Below are positions 59,990 through 64,000 of a DNA stretch of 64,000 nucleotides, one piece after another; within the stretch, counting starts at the first letter, position 1; each line of letters starts with the position of its first letter. The DNA comes from Patiria miniata (taxonomy: Eukaryota). Location: NCBI RefSeq assembly GCF_015706575.1, contig NW_024037073.1, positions 19,958,740 through 20,022,739 of the forward strand, read 5' to 3'. Below the pieces are notes generated by a model. The model was not told where the DNA came from. It made no database searches and worked only from the letters and a program-made list of their open reading frames with translations. The position numbers and the translations under genes are program-made.

Positions 59990-62900
59990 GCTAAATCTAG
60001 CCCATATTGTGTAAACCAGATGCATGAAAAGACTTCCGGTGAATTTCGACGAAAAATTAAGGTAAAATCGCTCCAAAATTAAGACAAAAATTCACCGAAA
60101 ATGGGTGATTTTTGCCCAAATTTTCAAAATTCTGCTTGTTAGAGTATTGATTGATTTTTCAAGAAAGATGTCTCAAGGGCCCTAAAACGCATTCCAAATC
60201 GATTGCTGGACAGATGTGCTATTAAAGGGGAAATTCTGTCAAAAAAATAAGATAAAAAAGTATGTACCGCTAGAGGCGACCACCAATAGTCGCCCCCAGA
60301 GGTACGTACCGCTAGAGGCGACCATCAATAGTCGCCCCCAGAGGTACGTACCGCCAGAGGCGACCATCAATAGTCGCCCCTAGAGGTACGTACCGCTACA
60401 GGCGACCATCAATAGTCGCCCCTAGAAGTACTTACCGCTAGAGGCGACCATTTCTGCCTTGTTTTGACAAAAGTCAATTTTTGGCCTTTTTTACTAAAAA
60501 TATAAGGCAAACCCCTTGATTTTTTTTCAATTTTGGCCAAAAAATGAAATTGCTTGAAAGTTGCTAGAAAGATGTCTCAGAGAGAAAACGGCAGATGTAG
60601 TTGCTGATGCCACTAGTTTCGTTTTTGTGCAGTAAGTCCCATGAGACTGATTGGTCACGAAAAGAAGACAAAATATACAGAAGATTTAAACGAAATATTG
60701 TTTTTCTCTCCCTAAACAGCGTCTTGTGTCGCAACACGTAGCAAACTTGGCGATGGCCTAAAGTGGCAGTCCAAACAGAACATTTGCCTCACTTTTGCAC
60801 AGGAACGATAGTCCACGTCTACACGCTATCTCCAAAATCAATTTGAGCATTGAATTGAATTTCGGCCAGATGATTGGTCACGAAAAGAAGACAAAAAAGA
60901 CAGAAGATTGAAACGAAATATTGTTTTTCTCTCCCTAAACAGTGTCTTGTGTCGCAACACGTAGCAAACTTGGCGATGGCCTAAAGTGGCAGTTCAAACA
61001 GAACATTTGCCTCACTTTTGCACAGGAACGATAGTCCACGTCTACACGCTATCTCCAAAATCAATTGGAGCATTGAATTGAATTTCGGCCAGATGATTGG
61101 TCACGAAACGAAGACAAAATAGACAGAAGATTTAAACGAAATATTGTTTTTCTCTCCCTAAACAGTGTCTTTTGTCGCAACACGTAGTAAAACTTGGCGA
61201 CGGCCTGCAGTGGCAGTCCAAACAGAACATTTGCCTCACCTTTGCACAGGAACGATAGTCCGTCACGACATGCTATCTCACAAATTAATTCGAGCATTGA
61301 ATTGAATTTTGGTCAGATGATTGGTCACGAAAAGAAGACAAAATTGACTGAAGATTTAAACGAAATATTGTTTTTCTCTCCCTCAACAGTGTCTTGTGTC
61401 GCAACACGTAGCAAAACTTGGCGATGGCCTGCAGTGGCAGTCCAAACAGAACATTTGCCTCACTTTTGCACAGGAACGATAGTCCACGACGACATGCTCT
61501 CTCAAAAATTAATTCGAGCATTGAATTGAATTTTGGCCAGATGATTGGTCACGAAAAGAAGACAAAATTGACAGAAGATTTAAACGAAATATTGTTTTTC
61601 TCTCCCTTAACAGTGTCTTGTGTCGCGACACGTAGCAACACTTGAAGATGGGCTGCAGTGGCAGTCCAAACAGAACATTTGCCTCACTTTTGCACAGGAA
61701 CGATAGTCCGTCACGACATGCTATCTAACAAATTAATTCAAGCATTGAATTGAATTTTGGTCAGATGATTGGTCACGAAAAGAAGACAAAATTGACAGAA
61801 GATTTAAACGAAATATTGTTTTTCTCTTCCTCAACAGTGTCTTGTGTCGCGACACGTAACAACACTTAAAGATGGGCTGCAGTGGCAGTCCAAACAGAAC
61901 AATTGCTTCACTTTTGCACAGGAACGATAGCCCACGTCTACACGCTAACTCAAAAACTAATTGGAGCATTGAATTGAATTTTGGTCAGATGATTGGTCAC
62001 GAAAGGAAGACAAAATAGACAGAAGATTTAAACGAAATATTGTTTTTCTCTCCCTAAACAGTGTCTTATGTCGCGACAGAACGCATTCCAAATCGATTGC
62101 TGGACAGACGTGCTATTAAAGGAGAAATTTCGACGAAAAATTAAGGTAAAATCTCCCCAAAATTCAGACGAGTATTCTCCAAAAATAGATGATTTTTGCT
62201 CAAATCTTCAAAATTCTGCATGTTCGATTATTTATTGAGGTTCCTCTTGCTTGCAGGGGAATTTGACAAAAGTCGATTTTTGGTCTTTTTTGACTAAAAA
62301 TGTAAGGCTATCCCCTTGATTTTTTTTCAATTTTGGCCAAAAAATGAACTTGCTTGAAAGTTGCTAGAAAGATGTCTCAAGAACCCTAGAACGCATTCCA
62401 AATGGATTGCTGTACAGATGTGCTATTAAAGGGGAAATTCTGTCGAAAAAAAATAAGATAAAAAGTATGTACCGCTAGAGGCGACCATCAATAGTCGCCC
62501 CTAGAGGTAGGCACCGCTAGAGGCGACCATCAATAGTCGCCCCCAGAGGTACGTATCGCTAGAGGCGACCATCGATAGTCGCCCCTAGAAGTACGTACCG
62601 CTAGAGGCGACCATCAATAGTCGCCCCCAGAGGTACGTACCGCTAGAGGCGACCATCAACAGTCGCCCCTAGAAGTACGTACCGCCAGAGGCGACCATCA
62701 ATAGTCGCCCCCAGAGGTACGTACCGCTAGCGTCGACCGTCAATCGTCGCCCCTAGAGGTACGTACCGCTGGAGGCGACCATCAATAGTCGCCCCTAGAG
62801 GTAGCTACCACTAGAGGCGACCATCAATAGTCGCCCCTAGAGGTACGTAAAGATGAAATTCCGTGGAAAAATTAAGATAAAATCGCCCAAAAAATTACCT

Positions 62901-64000
62901 TTTTCTCCAAAAATTGACGATCTTTGCCAAAATATTCAAAATTATGTGTGTTAAAGTATTGATTGATATTCCTCTTGCTTGCAGAGGAATTTCTGCCTTG
63001 TTTTGACAATAGTCAATTTTGTGCCTTTTTTGACTAAAAATGTAAGGCTAACCCCTTGAGTTTTTTTCAATTTTGGCCAAAAAATGAAATTGCTTGAAAA
63101 TTGCTAGAAAGATGTCTCAAGGGCCCTAGAACGCATTCCAAATCGATTGCTGGACAGATGTGCTAATAAAGGAGAAATTTCGACGAAAAATTAAGGTAAA
63201 ATCGCTCCAAAATTAGGACAAATCTTCTCCAAAAATGGATGATTTTTGCTCAATTCTTAAAAATTCTGCATGTTCGATTATTTATTTAGGTTCCTCTTGC
63301 TTGTGGAGGAATTTCTGCCTTGTTTTGACAAAAGTCAATTTTTGGCCTTTTTTACTAAAAATGTAAGGCTAACCCCTTGATTTTTTTTCAATTTTGGCCA
63401 AAAAATGAAATTGCTTGAAATTTGCTAGAAACATGTCTCAAGGGCCCTAGAACGCATTCCAAATCGATTGCTGGACAGATGTGCTAATAAAGGAGAAATT
63501 TCGACGAAAAATTAAGGTAAAATCGCTCCAAAATTAGGACAAATCTTCTCCAAAAATGGATGATTTTTGCTCAATTCTTAAAAATTCTGCATGTTCGATT
63601 ATTTATTTAGGTTCCTCTTGCTTGTGGAGGAATTTCTGCCTTGTTTTGACAAAAGTCAATTTGTGGCCTTTTTTACTAAAAATGTAAGGCTAACCCCTTG
63701 ATTTTTTTTCAATTTTGGCCAAAAAATGAAATTGCTTGAAATTTGCTAGAAACATGTCTCAAGGGCCCTAGAACGCATTCCAAATCGATTGCTGGACAGA
63801 TGTGCTATTAAAGGAGAAATTTCGACGAAAAATTAAGGTAAAATCGCTCCAAAATTAGGACAAATCTTCTCCAAAAATGGATGATTTTGCCCAAATTCTC
63901 AAAAGTCTGCATGTAAGTGCGTTGATTGATGTTCCTATTGCTTGCACAGGAATTTGACAAAAGTCAATTTTTAGTCTTTTTTGACTAAAAATGTAAGGCT
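59990..64000. repeat. nested satellite block: about 330-bp units (GAACGCATTCCAAATCGATTGCTGGACAGATGTGCTA…), with 33-bp arrays (GTACCGCTAGAGGCGACCATCAATAGTCGCCCCTAGAG at 60263-60450 and 62470-62850) and an array of about 6.5 copies of an approximately 224-bp unit (60640-62085)
   Basis: Unit periodicities read directly from the sequence. The ORFs at 61061, 61285 and 61733 (-) are repeat artefacts. Confidence 0.9.

Noticed and set aside
61061-61969. Three similar 78-aa minus-strand ORFs, plus the + ORFs at 61194-61529 and 61418-61645
   Set aside because: They are translations of the approximately 224-bp satellite unit. The periodicity equals the unit length.

Overview
This window is metazoan (eukaryotic) genomic DNA, not a prokaryotic locus. 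It contains no operons, CRISPR arrays or rRNA genes. Nearly the whole window (651 to about 54.9 kb, + strand) is a single multi-exon gene of the SWR1-class SNF2 chromatin-remodeller family (SRCAP / EP400 / Drosophila Domino). The gene is 5'-partial: the first exon visible (651-791) is already inside the HSA domain, so the N-terminal exons lie upstream of the window. I reconstructed 27 exons with GT-AG introns and consistent codon phases. They encode the HSA domain, ATPase lobe 1 (GLGKT, DEAQ motifs), a long Q/S/T/P-rich insertion, ATPase lobe 2 (helicase C), and a 3954-nt SRCAP-like terminal exon. That terminal exon encodes an S/P/Q-rich low-complexity tail ending in an AT-hook (KRGRGRPRKYP) and a stop at 32693. 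Downstream (37.2-54.4 kb) are 15 further in-phase exons that are clearly EP400 / Domino-A-like: the LWTPPTPPQD-type motif, a SANT/Myb domain, a NPKHSAVL motif, then A/Q/T/V-rich and poly-Q exons, with a stop at 54447. These exons can join a weak internal donor at 28874/28875 inside the big exon. The locus therefore looks like an ancestral single-gene arrangement that can produce both an SRCAP-type (read-through) and an EP400-type (SANT + polyQ) isoform. Introns are full of interspersed repeats: several MITE families (one with telomere-like TIRs GTTAACCCTAACC), tRNA-derived SINE-like elements, a head-to-head SINE pair around a near-perfect palindrome, a 700-bp foldback, and long G/C homopolymers. 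The last 4 kb plus two upstream blocks are tandem or satellite arrays with 22-bp, 20-bp, 33-bp, about 224-bp and about 330-bp units. All exon coordinates are hand-derived from the sequence and the ORF track by homology recalled from memory. Exon boundaries should be accurate to within a few nt, but they are inferences and not computed alignments.
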